Positions 1 to 12,663 of a stretch of DNA of 57,724 bases are shown here, in pieces. The position numbers and the translations under genes were made by a program. Positions within the stretch are counted from its first letter, which is position 1. Each line of letters opens with the position of its first letter. Source of the stretch: Chiloscyllium plagiosum (taxonomy: Eukaryota); assembly GCF_004010195.1 (NCBI RefSeq), contig NC_057717.1, positions 104,308,080-104,365,803 on the forward strand. The letters run 5' to 3'. The notes under the pieces are model-generated. The model did not search any database, was not told where the DNA came from, and was given only the letters and a program-made list of their open reading frames with translations.

Positions 1-589
1 TCCACACTGGGCTGTTCCTCCCCCCCCCCACTCCACAGCAGACCCACACCCCCACTTTGTACTGGGCCATTGGTCACTGGCGTCCCTTCTTGAGAGGCCA
101 GGAGTTGGAGTTGGGGGCTGGGTTTCCAAGACCAAGAGAAGGGATGGAAACAGGGGGAGAGAGAAAGAAATCAGGAAAAGAATGGGTGGACACCCCACCA
201 CCATTTTACCAGGAGTTCCAGGATTTTGACCCAGCGACAATGAAGGATTGACGATATATTTCCCAAGTCCGGACGGTGAGTGGCTCAGAGGGGAACCTGC
301 AGGGGGCAGCGTTCCTGCATATCTGCTTCCCTTGTCCTGGATGGAAACCGGTGCAGTTATGGGAGATGTGACTGTCACCCATCAGCCTCCAACTGTTTCT
401 GAAGGATACTGTTGCTCCTCACACCCAGGTCCCCATTCTCCGGTTAGTCAGAGATGTGCAGTACAGATGAGGTCTAACTTGAGAGGATTGAAATAATCCT
501 TTAACCTTTTGGAGCTTAAATCTTGGCTCCATGTGCAGTGAGGAAATCCTCACTTGGGTCTCAGCCCAGAGGCTTAAGCACCTAATCGA

Positions 590-885
590 GGCTGGGACAT
601 CTGTGCAGTACTGCTGTCTTGGACGTGACACTAAACCCATATTTCAAAGGACAGCAGGGCAGATCTCGCCAGTGATCTGGCTGTTATGTATCTCCTTCAG
701 CGGACCTTTGTAAAAATGAAGGGATTATCCAGTTACACTCATGATGCTGTTTGTTGGAACTTGCTGTGCATTAATTAATAGGCTAATTTCCTACATTCCA
801 ACAGTGGCTAGACTTTACAAATATTTAATTGGCTCGAACGGTTTTTGGGAAGTCTTGAAGTTCCGAAAAATGCAAGAAAGATGAA
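590..885 (+). mobile_element. ancient Deu-domain SINE remnant (SacSINE1/AmnSINE-like)
   Basis: tgcagtactg...gctgtttgttggaacttgctgtgc...tttcctacattccaacagtg..tttaattggct resembles the recalled Deu-SINE body and tail. Confidence 0.5.
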
Positions 886-1961
886 ACATTCCTCAAGTTG
901 CCTCTTTTACCCAATTTGGCAACAATAGCTTTTGTTCCAATGAGTATATTGAAAAGAATCTGCAGTTAGCAAGAACGAACATTCTGTAGCATCTCACGTC
1001 AGGCTCTGTCCAGGCAAGCGAAAGCTTTTGGAACAATTTAATTGGTTACTTTGGTTGGAACTTTGCTGATTATATCACTAATAAAGTTAATGCCCCTCCA
1101 AAACTACCTTCCAAACCCATAACCACTTCCATCCAGAAGGACAAGGGCAGCAGATACATGGGAACACCACCACCTACAAGTTCCTCTCCAAGCCACTCAC
1201 CGCCCTGACTTGGAAATATAACACCATTCCTTTAGAGTCTCTAGGTCAAAATCCTGAAACTCCCTCCCTAAAGCCACCCTGGCTGTGCTTCCAACCTAAG
1301 GATTGCAGTGAATTAAGAAGATGGTCATTATCACCCTCTCAGGGGTAATTGAGGGTGAACAGGAGAGCCAGCAATGCCCACACCACATGAAACAATAAAA
1401 CGGAAATTTAATCCCAGAGCTGAGTCCCACCGTAACAGTTTAAGGACTTGAATTCAGTATCTTCGAGTGTGAAAGTGAGGCTGCTGAATTGTTGTAGAAA
1501 CCCCAAAAGGTTTCCCAGTGTTCTCCTGAAGGAGTCCAGGTCCAGAATTCAAGAGGTTCCATTGACAATAAGTAACATGGCGATGGATCAGAACTCCACG
1601 ATACTCGTGAACATATGGCCTTCTGTTTCCAACATGTGCATTGTTTTAAAAAGAAAGAGAGGCCAACAAAACCATGACTGTGGGTGTAAATTCTGTAACT
1701 ACCCGTGTGGACCCATTAAATATAATACACCTACAAAGACAGGGAAACTTCAAACAGAAGACTAACAAGGAGGAGAGAACGAGGGGATGACTACCAACTC
1801 CCCTCTCAGCAGGAATCTATCTTCTGCTTTGTGTCTTATCCTCCTGGGGGCTTAAAGCCCAACATCAACCCTGTCTGTGTGTTAGTAGCCTGAAGCATTA
1901 TGTATAGGTTAGTGTGCTATGAGAGTCGCAGTGTGAGAGCTGCCATTAAACATCCCTGGGC

Positions 1962-2197
1962 AAAAGTGAGGATGGCAGATGCTGGAAACCAGAGTTTAGA
2001 TCAGAGTGGTGCTGGAAAAGCACAGCATCCGAGGAGCAGGAAAATCGACGTTTCGGGCAAAAGACCTTCATCAGGAATATGATATATTCCTATTCGTGAT
2101 GAAGGGCTTTTGCCCGAAACTTCGATTTTCCTGCTCCTCAGATGCTCCTCAGATACTGCCTGACCTGCTGTGCTTTTCCAGCACCACCTTGATCTAA
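1962..2197. mobile_element. fold-back short PLE-derived element with two hammerhead-like motifs
   Basis: Arms of ~85-100 bp are reverse complements (ggtgctggaaaagcacagca...tgctgtgcttttccagcacc). Sequence equals the 3' end of the PLE at 30412-30530. Confidence 0.8.
2047..2074 (-). ncRNA. minimal hammerhead-ribozyme-like motif (best preserved core)
   Basis: Minus strand reads attc CTGATGA A GGTC tttt GCCC GAAACGTC gatt. Core CUGAUGA/GAAA/UH is intact with palindromic ACGT replacing stem III; one mismatch in stem II. Confidence 0.55.
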
Positions 2198-2394
2198 ACA
2201 CTAAACATCCCTGCACTACAGGTACAAAGAGGAAAAGTTTTTCTCTCACTCGGGGTGCTGTTGGTCAGACACTGTTGCTAGGAACCTGGATAAAAGAATT
2301 TCACCCACCATGTAATGCCAACAATCCAAGATTAACTGTTCTGCTACCAGCAGAGCCAAGTGGACTCCAAGGACTATATTTACACTTATTATTG

Positions 2395-2737
2395 CCATGT
2401 AAAGGCTGCCAACATCATTAAAGACCCCTCCCCATTAATGCTCTCCTACAACCTCTCCCGTCCGACAGTAGATACAGAAGCTTGAACACACGCACCAGCA
2501 TGTTCAGGAACAGCTTCTTCCCCGCTGCCATTAGACTGATGAATGGATCTCTCTAATTTCGAATAATGTTGATCTTGCCTAGTGTACGCCCAGTGCAGTG
2601 TAACCTGTATGCCTCACTCTGTCCAAAGTTTTTTCACCCTATGACCTGTCTGTCCTTGCTTACTATGATCTGCCTGTACTGCTCATAAACAAAGCTTTTC
2701 ACTGTGCTCAGGTACACGTGACAATAAATCAAATCAA
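2395..2737 (+). mobile_element. Rex1/Babar-type LINE 3' end
   Basis: IIKDPS..LLQPLPS..RYRSLNTRTSMFRNSFFPAAIRLMN remnant with (AAATC)n tail. Confidence 0.75.
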
Positions 2738-3294
2738 GAGATGTCACTGCCATCAGAACATCATAAATAACAGCTGTAACACTCTACTATTTACTGTCTG
2801 TGTATTACCCAGAGACTAATCCATTAATCTCTTTTCTAACTTTTATCTTTTTTGGGGTACATCTTATATTCCTAATCTCTGTGTGGACGTGTTTTGTGTT
2901 ATTCTTTCTTTTCACATTTAGAAACTTGTAAAAATTTGTTCTTTTGTAAATTCAAGAAAGCCTGGTTAAATTGCTTCCCTTTCACGCACCAATTCATCTG
3001 GGTTCTGGGGCAAAGGACTCACAAGGGAAGGGATCGTTTCTGACCAACCAAAGGAAGTGAGTGAATAAAGAAGGGAGTGCAGTTCATCCTTCCTCGCGCG
3101 ACAATTTGGGCGATCTTGTCGGAAAACGGGGAGCTGCACCAAGTGATTGATGGTAATATACGTGACTCCACTCCCCCATTCATGGGGCTTGACTCCTGAC
3201 TGCCATGGTCTTCCAGCATTGTCTCAATCTCCCAAAGCACTGCTGTTTCAAGAAGGAGACCCAGTACCATTGTATTCTCAAAGCCCAGGGAGGA

Positions 3295-3670
3295 ACATAG
3301 AACACAGAACAGTACAGCACAGGTATGGGTGCTTCAGCCCATGATATTGTGCTGAATATGACACCAAATTAATCTAATCCCTACTGCCTGCCCTTGGTCC
3401 ATATCCCTCCATTCCTAGCATATTCATGTACTTATCTAAAGGTCCCTTAAACACCCCTATCGTATCTGGTTCCCCCCCCACCCTGGCAGTGCGATCCAGA
3501 CTCCTACAATTCTCTGTGTAAAAAAAATTTCCTTTGAACATTCCCCCTCTCACCTTAAATGTGTGCCCTCCCTCAGTATTAGACATTTCAGGTCTGGGAA
3601 AAGGATTCTGACCTGCAAACCTATCTCTGCATTTCACAGTTTTACTGCATCCTCTGCTCCAGAGAAAACA
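3295..3670 (-). mobile_element. CR1 LINE 3' fragment
   Basis: GHTFKVRGG..NFF..FKGPLDKYM remnants and 3' UTR. Confidence 0.75.
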
Positions 3671-3674
3671 ACCC

Positions 3675-4157
3675 CCGACCTAAAATTCACCTGGACAGTC
3701 TCAGATTCCTCCCTCCCCTTCCTCGACCTTTCCATTTCTATCTCAGGCGACCGAATCAACACGGACATCTACTACAAACCGACCGACTCCCACAGCTACC
3801 TGGACTACACCTCCTCCCATCCTGCCCCCTGTAAAAACGCCATCCCATTCTCCCAACTCCTTCGTCTCCGCCGCATCTGCTCCCAGGAGGACCAGTACAA
3901 AATACGTACAACACAGATGGCCTCCTTCCTCAAGGACCGCAATTTCCCCCCCGACATGGTCGACGGTGCCCTCCACCGCATCTCCTCCACTTCCCGCTCC
4001 TCCGCCCTTGAGCCCCGCCCCTCCAACCGCCACCAGGACAGAACCCCACTGGCCCTCACCTACCACCCCACCAACCTCCATGTACAGCGCATCATCCGCC
4101 GTCACTTCCGCCACCTCCAAACAGACCCAGCACCAAGGATATATTTCCCTCCCCTCC
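3675..4157 (+). mobile_element. Penelope-like element RT/thumb fragment
   Basis: Uninterrupted LKFTWT...LPFLDL...TDIYYKPTDSHSYLDYTSSHP..CKNAIPFSQLLRLRRICS, typical PLE motifs. CpG-rich, so probably young. Confidence 0.88.
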
Positions 4158-4276
4158 CATTTGGGAAGTATCGTCAGCATGGATGGGAAGGGCCAAAGGG
4201 TCTGTTACCATGCTGAATCCTCCTGAGCTGTATCTCAGAGGTGCAGAAACACCAGTACAATCTCAGGGGGTGGGGG

Positions 4277-4608
4277 AGTTAGATTAAGATTAGATTAGAT
4301 TAGATTACTTACAGTGTGGAAACAGGCCCTTTGGCCCAACAAGTTCACACCGCCCCGCCGAAGCGCAACCCACCCATACCCTACATTACCCCTTACCTAA
4401 CACTACGGGCAATTTAGCATAGCCAATTCACCTGACCTGCACATTTTTTTTTGGACTGTGGGAGGAAACCGGAGCACCCGGAGGAAACCCACTCAGACAC
4501 GAGGAGAATGTGCAAACTGCACACAGTCAGTCGCCTGAGGCGGGAATTGAACCCGGGTCTCTGGCGCTGTGAGGCAGCAGTGCTAACCACTGTGCCACCG
4601 TGCCACCC
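4277..4608 (-). mobile_element. HE1-type tRNA-derived SINE, near full length
   Basis: Head ggtggcacggtggcacagtggttagcactgctgcc (A box) ... gggttcaattccc (B box), CR1-like tail and (TCTAA)n terminal repeat. Confidence 0.9.
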
Positions 4609-4984
4609 ACAAATGTCAGAGGGAATAATAACCCAGAGGAGCTCTTTGGTCTTCTCCAAATATCGCGGTGGAGCTCTTTGACCCCCACTCCCCCCACCGA
4701 AGGGGGTCAATTCATGCCTCACCTAAAAGAGCCTTCCCCTGAGGGTGTAGCTGCCCCTTCGCGCTGGTACTGGGAACGGGGAATAGGGCTGGCCTTATAC
4801 CCATCATCTGTGTACCCAGATATAGATTGTGCCGCCCACTGAAGTAAAAACAAGGACTGCAGATGCTGGAACCCCGGGTCTGGATCAGAGTGGTGCTGGA
4901 AAAGCACAGCAGGTCAGGCAGCATCCGAGTAGCAGGAAAATCAATGTCTCGGACAAAAACCCTTCCACTGAGATACTTCCTTCT

Positions 4985-5194
4985 GCGGTCAGTTCTTTCA
5001 GAATACAATAGTTGCATCCACGTTATACGAAAATCGTGCGATACAAACAACTCTTAAAGTGTTGGCGATCTCATCACGTTATAGCCAATACACACTTTAA
5101 GAGTTCATGGTTTAGAAACAGTGTTCCTTATTCACCCAACCGTGTTACAGCCAACTCACATTAATGAAAGATGTGTTATAGCAGAACTGACTGC
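4985..5194. mobile_element. non-autonomous Tc1/mariner (pogo/Tigger-like) MITE
   Basis: Terminal inverted repeat gcggtcagttct ... agaactgactgc. A related end (tacagtcgggtctgctttaacgc) starts at ~7415. Confidence 0.55.
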
Positions 5195-5196
5195 AT

Positions 5197-5660
5197 TTCA
5201 AAAATTTAGTTTATTAATAAAAAAATCTTTGTGTATATATACATCGTTACAGAAACAGTTCAGAAACAAATAAACATTGGAGATTAGCTCTATTCATACA
5301 CCATCGCTTACACCCACAATACTGATGTTTACACACATTTGAGGCAAGGGGAGGGCCTGATAACTGAATGGACTCCCATTTCCCTTCAACAGGAAGACCT
5401 CAGACGGTGGTCTTTCCCCGCTGTGCCTTGGCGGCAGCTGCCCAAGCTTCAGTGCGTCCCTCAGCACATAGTCCTGGGCCTTGGAATGTGCCAGTCTGCA
5501 ACACCCAGTCAGGGTCAGCTCCTTACTCTGGAAGACCAACAGGTTTCAGGCAGATCAAAAAGAGTCCTTCGCCGAGTTGACGGCCCTCCAGGCGCAGTCC
5601 ATGTTTGTCTCGGTTTGTGTTCAGAGTCCACTGAGACACAGCTTACCCCAAGAGAAAGAA
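5197..5660 (-). mobile_element. L1/Tx1-clade LINE 3' end
   Basis: LLVFQSKELTLT.CCRLAHSK.QDYVLRDALKLG..AAKAQRGKTTV C-terminus followed by 3' UTR. A second fragment lies at ~32680-32765. Confidence 0.7.
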
Positions 5661-7517
5661 AATATTGGCTCAGTTTCATTCCTGCTGCTGATTGTGATGA
5701 ACGTCTTCAGTTTTCATGGTGAAATGTGACTTCCCTCTGATTGGATTGATTGCTGATAATAGAAGGTTTACCCTTGTTCATGACCTTAACGGTAGACAAA
5801 TAAAATTGCAGATTTTTAATGCAGATAAAACTCGATAGAAAACGTCGTTTTGAGCAATAACCCAGGGTCAAAAATTAGCATTTTGTGAAATATTTATATT
5901 TCTGATCGGCTGTGGTTATTTCAGTTTATTTTGGCCACGATTCTAAGCTACAATTTTCTGTTTACAATCTCAACTCTCTCTCACGATACTTCTCATTTTG
6001 ACACTGATATCCTTTCAGTTTATGTTTGGTGCTTACATCATCCACTACTTTTACAAACATTCATAACTTTTCCAAACTCGGAAACACATAAACACTGAAA
6101 AGATCAATCGATATGATGTGGAAAATGGAGGAGAGGCAGTATTCCTCCATGGTTTATTAATTACATTGTTAAGCCACACATCATAGTCTTAAGTTAGAAT
6201 ACTTATAAAGGGAGACTGTGTACTATTGCCCTTATTGGGTTTTGCTGGTTACTGGTTCCTTGGCCACATGGCTGTTTTCCTGGTGGTGGAAATATTGAAC
6301 AAAGCTTTTTGCTCACGGTGTCTCTACTGAGTCCCTGCACTTTCCACCACCACGCGGGTGTTTGAGGGTAAAATAAGCACAAAAAAGAGAAAGGAAATAG
6401 TTAAGGTGTGGAATACACTGCCTAGTAATGTGGGGGAGCAAGGTTCAATTGTGACATTCAAGAGGGACACTGGATGGCTATTAGGTTAGAAATGGTGTGC
6501 AGGGATTTGGAGAAAAGGCAGGAATTGGCATTATGGGATAGAATGAGGGTGGGCACGATGGGCTGAATGGCCTACCTCTGTGCCGTAGTGATTCTGAGTG
6601 GAGTTCAAAAGGGAGCTGGATAAATATTTGAAGGGGCGGGGAGTGAGAAGGTTATGGCAAATCACTGGGCAACGGGACTAGTTTATAGCTGTACCATAAA
6701 GGACTAGGATAGCGTGATGAACTGAATGGCCTCCTGTAACATCCTGTGGGGTTTTCTTTTTAATTTGAAAAGCTTGCAGCGCTGTGGGGAGACAGTGTGG
6801 AGATGTGAGACTCATTGGGAACTTACCCGGTAGTCAGGAGGGACACTGACCAGTCTCAATGAGCAGAGTCTCCATGACCATTCCCTTAGTTCTCCGGGCA
6901 GCCTGCTCACTGCTTTGCCTGAGGTCCACACCTTTATTAAAAGGAGCAGCAAGACCTTACGCCAACAATCCCTCCAGATGGAAGTTGATTAACCTGAATG
7001 GTTCAGCCCATTTCTGACCCGCTGAATGCTTCCAGCATTTTCTCTTTGCCTTTTCGATCTCCGCAGTGTTTTGCTTTGAGGAAGATAATTGTGCGGCTGA
7101 GCCCTTTCTCTTGAGAATGCTTCTATTCTCCATCCAAATTGCAATCATTTCACAACCCCAAAATGTTTCGAGGTCAATTATGTACTTTTTGAAATGCAGT
7201 AATGTGAAAACCTGGGATATGGACGCACACAAAGCCCGTGTGGACGCTGGAACTCAGAAACAAAAACAGAAATTGCTGGAAAAGCTCAGCAGGTCTGGCA
7301 GTCTCGGTGGAGAGAAATCAGAGTTAATGTTACGGCTCCAGTGACCCTTCCTCAGACCTGATCATCTTTTGGTTTTGTTTAGTTTGTTGAGGATGACACT
7401 TATTGGCCTTTTGTTACAGTCGGGTCTGCTTTAACGCAGTAGCTCCATTCTATTGCAATCCTACGGCATAAGAAAATCATGTAATAGCAGCACCATTTAA
7501 ACTAAGGGGGTGGAATC

Positions 7518-8017
7518 NNNNNNNNNNNNNNNNNNNNNNNNNNNNNNNNNNNNNNNNNNNNNNNNNNNNNNNNNNNNNNNNNNNNNNNNNNNNNNNNNNN
7601 NNNNNNNNNNNNNNNNNNNNNNNNNNNNNNNNNNNNNNNNNNNNNNNNNNNNNNNNNNNNNNNNNNNNNNNNNNNNNNNNNNNNNNNNNNNNNNNNNNNN
7701 NNNNNNNNNNNNNNNNNNNNNNNNNNNNNNNNNNNNNNNNNNNNNNNNNNNNNNNNNNNNNNNNNNNNNNNNNNNNNNNNNNNNNNNNNNNNNNNNNNNN
7801 NNNNNNNNNNNNNNNNNNNNNNNNNNNNNNNNNNNNNNNNNNNNNNNNNNNNNNNNNNNNNNNNNNNNNNNNNNNNNNNNNNNNNNNNNNNNNNNNNNNN
7901 NNNNNNNNNNNNNNNNNNNNNNNNNNNNNNNNNNNNNNNNNNNNNNNNNNNNNNNNNNNNNNNNNNNNNNNNNNNNNNNNNNNNNNNNNNNNNNNNNNNN
8001 NNNNNNNNNNNNNNNNN
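7518..8017. other. assembly gap (500 N)
   Basis: Run of N. Confidence 1.
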
Positions 8018-8087
8018 CCAAAACAGCTTCCAATGATCCAAAAATGTGAATCCTTCGCCTGTACATTCTTGATTTGTGTCTGCCTGA

Positions 8088-8210
<123 letters not shown>

Positions 8211-9111
8211 TAACGGGGACCCTGACCCAAACCATTCACGAGCTGCCAGTGGAAAATGAAACCACAATCCAAGAAGATGCCCCGCTCTGTGAAATCGAAC
8301 ATTTCAAACAGCGGAGCAACTTGACAGGACCAGCTTCGACCCTGATCTAACCCTGCACTGATCCGTCTGACAGTGTGATCCCCACCCCCATCGGGACAGT
8401 TCAGCGCTGCTAGTCAGTCTTGGCTGTGGTTGTAGGAGGGAATCGGTGTCGGATTTTGGCAGTTCCTCTGCTAAACTGAATCAGAAAGAGACCACTAATC
8501 ATCCTCAAGTCATTTCAACTCCAGAATGATGCAAATCCATCACTACAGTTGCCTGTATGAGTGTGGGAGTATTTATCCCATTCTCTGCCAAACTTTACAA
8601 TTTAATCCACTTCCACCTGCTCCACTTCCAGATCACAACAGATTGTTCCCTGTGGAAACATATCCTTGCCTCCCCTCTGGTAGTTTCACTAATCACCATA
8701 AGTATCAGTCCTCCATAGCACCTGCTGTTGGGAATGGTTTCTCCTTATTCACTTTATCAAAGCCCTTTAGGAATTTAAGATGCTGAAATCCCATTTCTCC
8801 TTGCCCGTCTCTGCACAGAGCAGAATTGCCCCAGCTTCTCCATTCTGCCACGCTAAGTGAAGTCCCTCATTCCTGGTCCCATTCTTGTAAATCAAAACCT
8901 CCCCTATGAGGTTTGGATACTTTTCCCCCGATGTGTCAGGCCCAGGATTGGGTAGACACAAGCCAATTGCGTACTTGATTTGACCTAGAGAGGAGGATGA
9001 TGGGGACAAACAAAAATAAAATCTAAGGATTCTAATCATTTTCCTACAACCACTCCAATCCCCACATTTCCCTCCCCTTTCCTTTCATTTGTTTAAATCC
9101 TGGCACTCTAG

Positions 9112-9300
9112 TATTTGCTACTTCTACAGAGGAGAGTTCCGTCTCGGGCACTGGTTTAGAGTTTCTACGTTTCGATACTGTATGCCTGTACCTTACACAG
9201 CAGCAAAGGAGCCAAGCCTGCTGTTCAAGAAAATCCGCTGGAACGTGGACATCACTGAAGGAGCATCCTATGGGGATGGGACAGATCCATTAACAGAATA
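9112..9300 (+). CDS. C19orf67: C19orf67-like internal coding exon
   Basis: ctctAG|T ATT TGC...GAA TA|GTaagt, 189 nt, phase 2 to 2. SICYFYRGEFRLGHWFRVSTFRYCMPVPYTAAKEPSLLFKKIRWNVD resembles recalled SISCFFCGRF..VSIFRYC...YTA...LYKKMRW. Confidence 0.9.
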
Positions 9301-9756
9301 GTAAGTGCAGATATTCGATTGGGAGAGGCTGTGGAGAGTAGAGGTTGCGTGTAATTCCAGGGATGACGGTGTGTGGATAGTTGGGAGAAGCTGGAATTGT
9401 TCTCCTTAGAGAAATGTTAAATGGTAACTTATTCAAAGGTGCTCAAACATCTGAGGGGGTCTACATGGGTTGACAGGGTGGTACCAGTCCCACTGGACGG
9501 ATTTAGAGCAATTGACACTAGAACCCCAAAAGGGTGGTAGGAAGATATTTGAAAGACAAAACTCAGCAAATGGTTAAGAAGTGGAACGCACTGTCCGAGA
9601 GGGTGGGAGAGACAGATGCAAATGGGGCTTTCACCATGGAATTGGATGAGCATCTGAAGACAGACGAACAGAGGTGCACAGCTTCAAAGCAAGAACGGAG
9701 CTGTTTTTCAGGGTTAAACACCATCAGGTTATAGTCCAACCGGTTTTATTTGGAAG

Positions 9757-9791
9757 CACTAGCTTTCGGAGCGCTGCTCCTTCAGCAGGTG
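9757..9791 (-). ncRNA. minimal hammerhead-like motif, second sequence family (A6 mutated)
   Basis: Minus strand reads CAC CTGCTGA A GGAGC agc GCTCC GAAAGCTA GTG: 3-bp stem I, 5-bp stem II, palindromic AGCT. Confidence 0.5.
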
Positions 9792-10055
9792 GTCTTACTT
9801 TTCAGGGAGCTGCCCCTATCATACTGAGCCAAATAATCTCCTTCAGTGCTGTAGCTGTATTCCATGGTAGCCAAACCACCTCAGCCTGCATTTTGTAACA
9901 TAATGCAGGCAGACTCATTTAATTGAAGATGTATAAACGTATATGGTTCACCTGTTCTGAACACCTTTTAGTTACATCAATGTTGTACTGTCATCTTCTA
10001 CATGGGTCCTCAGTCATTCACAGTGCTTCTGCTGTCCCATTGTATTGTTGTGCAG

Positions 10056-10205
10056 TTACTTCCTGTGCTTTAAGGAGGCTAATCAGGCGATGGATAACAA
10101 CCAGCCCAGTTCCAAAAATACAACTTCCAAAAGCAGGCGCCTGTGGTCTATTGGTCGCTGGATCCAGGTAGAACCCTCCCCAAGGGAACCAGATCTCCTT
10201 TGCTG
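10056..10205 (+). CDS. C19orf67: C19orf67-like internal coding exon
   Basis: tgcAG|T TAC TTC CTG TGC...TGC TG|GTaat, 150 nt. Encodes YYFLCFKE...RRLWSIGRWIQVEP...DLLCW (family motifs YYFLC and LWSIGRW). Confidence 0.9.
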
Positions 10206-10719
10206 GTAATTGATGTTAGAGTTTTCTACCACGTAGAATGATATAGGTCATAGTGTATAGAAACAGGTCATTAGGCCTACACTAGTGTTTTTGTTTGACT
10301 AGTGTTTATGTATGTGTAGTGTCTTACCAAGGACCCTTTCTCTGTGCATCCTATCTCCCTGATCAGCTGCTAAATACATCTACCCTCAACTTATACTGAA
10401 CCAAAATCAGGAGTTGGAATCAACCTACTCCCTCTGCAGGCACTGACCAGTGGTGGCCTTCCCTGTTCCATCATTTAGTCTGAATGAAGCAGCTACTTGG
10501 CACTACCTTAAAGGTGCAAGTTGTTGTTGCATAGTTTAGGGCAGGAAAAGATTTTTCTCAACTATTGAACATCCACGCTCTAACAGTATGTCAGATTGTA
10601 ATTATCACTAAGATAGAGACAAATACTGCACAATGTAGTGACACTTATATCTACCTTGTAACAGGTCCAATTCAATTTCAGTCTAGCCAAAAGAAAATCT
10701 AATATAGTTTAGTACCAAA

Positions 10720-10935
10720 GTTTAAGTTAACTCATTGAGCTGGAAGGTTTGTTTTCAGACATCACCATACTGGGTAATATCAGTGAGCCTCTGGTGAAGT
10801 ACTGGTGCTATATCCTGCCCTCAAGGTGGGTGATGTCATTGATTTCTTTTTAAAACAAGGGAAGGTAGATCGGGTCTCAACCAGTGTTTATCAATGGATT
10901 TCTGGTTAGAGTGTCATACCTCTAAACTCTTACAT
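10720..10935 (-). mobile_element. Penelope-like 3' terminal fragment (family of 14440-15680)
   Basis: Reverse complement resembles 15470-15665 (...cttcaccagaggctcactgat...aaacc..ccagctca). Confidence 0.65.
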
Positions 10936-11101
10936 CTTAGGACAGCTGAAACAAAGACATGTGCAAGTGTTGTCCTTCTTTGTCGGTGTATGGAAACAAG
11001 CAAGAGTGGGTCATGGCTTTTAGTGGCCAATTGATGCTCCTGTATAGTGACGGCAAATAACACCAGCACTTCACTGGAGACTTTCTCTGATTACTAAAGT
11101 A

Positions 11102-11520
11102 TAGATTACTTACTGTGGAAACAGGCCCTTTGGCCCAACAAGTCCACACCGACCCTCTGAGGAGCACCAGACCCATTCTCCTAACACTACAAGCACTGAA
11201 GAAGGGCTTATGCCCAAAATGTCGATTCTCCTGTTCCCTGGATGCTGCCTGACCTGCTGCGCTGTTCCAGCGACACATTTTCAGCTACAGGCAATTTAGC
11301 ATGGCCACTTCACCTAACGTGCACAGCTTCAGACTGTGGGAGAAAACCCACAGACACTGGGAGAACATGCAAGTGTCACAGTTGCCTGAAGTGGGCATTG
11401 AACCTGGGTCGCTGGTGCTATAATGCCCACTGGACAATTTAGCATGGTCAATGCACCTGACCTGCCCATCTCTGGAAGGTGGGAAGAAACCCACACAGAC
11501 AGGGAGAATGTGCACACTTC
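11102..11520 (-). mobile_element. nested HE1-type SINE fragments with an inserted short PLE piece (11196-11285)
   Basis: SINE tail, then PLE short repeat, then the rest of the SINE body, then a second partial body. Confidence 0.7.
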
Positions 11521-11812
11521 ACCCAGCCAGCTGCCAGAGAAGGGAGGAGGAGAGGGGGAGGAAAGGAGGAAAGAAAGAGGAGAAGAGGGGTGGGGGGAAG
11601 AGGGGGCAGTGGAGGGCAGATCCTGAAATGTTAGCCTTTGTCCTGATTTGTGGTGAGGGGGAGAAGCAGTGTCCAACTCTGGCTGCTGGGCATTGGCAGG
11701 TCCAAAAAGTGGTATGTTTAGCTTTCAAATGAAGTGGGTCAGGCAACGTAACAGAATCAATACATAAAATCAAGCCTCTGACCCTGCAATGTTGGGATAA
11801 ATTTAAATATGA

Positions 11813-12097
<285 letters not shown>

Positions 12098-12553
12098 CCC
12101 ATTCACCCAGGCAAAGAAGTTGAATTTTAGAATTGCTATTGACTCCTTTACTAGGAAAGATCAGTGAAATACCTTCTAGTCTTAGCATGTGCTAATTAGC
12201 ACTAGCATCCCAAAGAAAAAACTATAGAATTTACTTTGTCATAAGGACACACCTGAAATTAAAAGAGTATTTACACCACTACATTAAAAACTGGTCAGAG
12301 TAGTTAATGTGAGGGAGGGATTTGTATTAGCTTTTAAAAATTGTTCCCTTCACCTAGCATCTAGAGACAGATTGCTACAGGGGCAAGTCTTTACATGTCA
12401 ATGGAGTTTAATACACCATAAAAATTTTCCATGACTGATTAAGGAAAAGATGGCTTGGATAGGAAGTATAAATGTCTAGTACAGACAGCCTGATTTACAA
12501 GACACTTGTAAGACAGGTGAGCATTCAGAACATGGAAGCTTCAACTAGGTTTT

Positions 12554-12559
12554 AATAAA
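12554..12559 (+). promoter_or_regulatory. candidate polyadenylation signal for C19orf67-like gene
   Basis: AATAAA about 460 nt after the stop codon; an ATTAAA variant also occurs earlier. Confidence 0.4.
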
Positions 12560-12657
12560 ACCTTAGATCACTTAAAACTAGTCAGTCAAACTACAAGTCA
12601 GATTCATTCTCTGGGACAGGAATAATTGACTCAACATGGTATTTGTACTTGCTTTGT

Positions 12658-12663
12658 TTTATT
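12658..12663 (-). promoter_or_regulatory. candidate distal polyadenylation signal for PRR36-like gene
   Basis: TTTATT on + (AATAAA on -) at the distal end of an AT-rich, repeat-poor stretch downstream of the stop. Other candidates lie near 13783 and 14693. Confidence 0.35.

Noticed and set aside
2740..3122. Possible LTR remnant ending ...gcgaca followed by a PBS-like tttgggcgatcttgtcgg
   Set aside because: Too degenerate; no second LTR and no gag/pol evidence.
4277..4308. (GATTA)n short repeat resembling a telomeric or CRISPR-like array
   Set aside because: It is the SINE 3' terminal microsatellite. There is no repeat-spacer structure, and the DNA is eukaryotic.
4535..4608. tRNA-like sequence with A and B boxes on the minus strand
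   Set aside because: It is the head of an HE1-type SINE, continuous with SINE body and tail, and not a tRNA gene.
6890..6992. Possible upstream C19orf67 exon after cccttag
   Set aside because: No similarity to the expected N-terminal peptide and no good donor before a stop.
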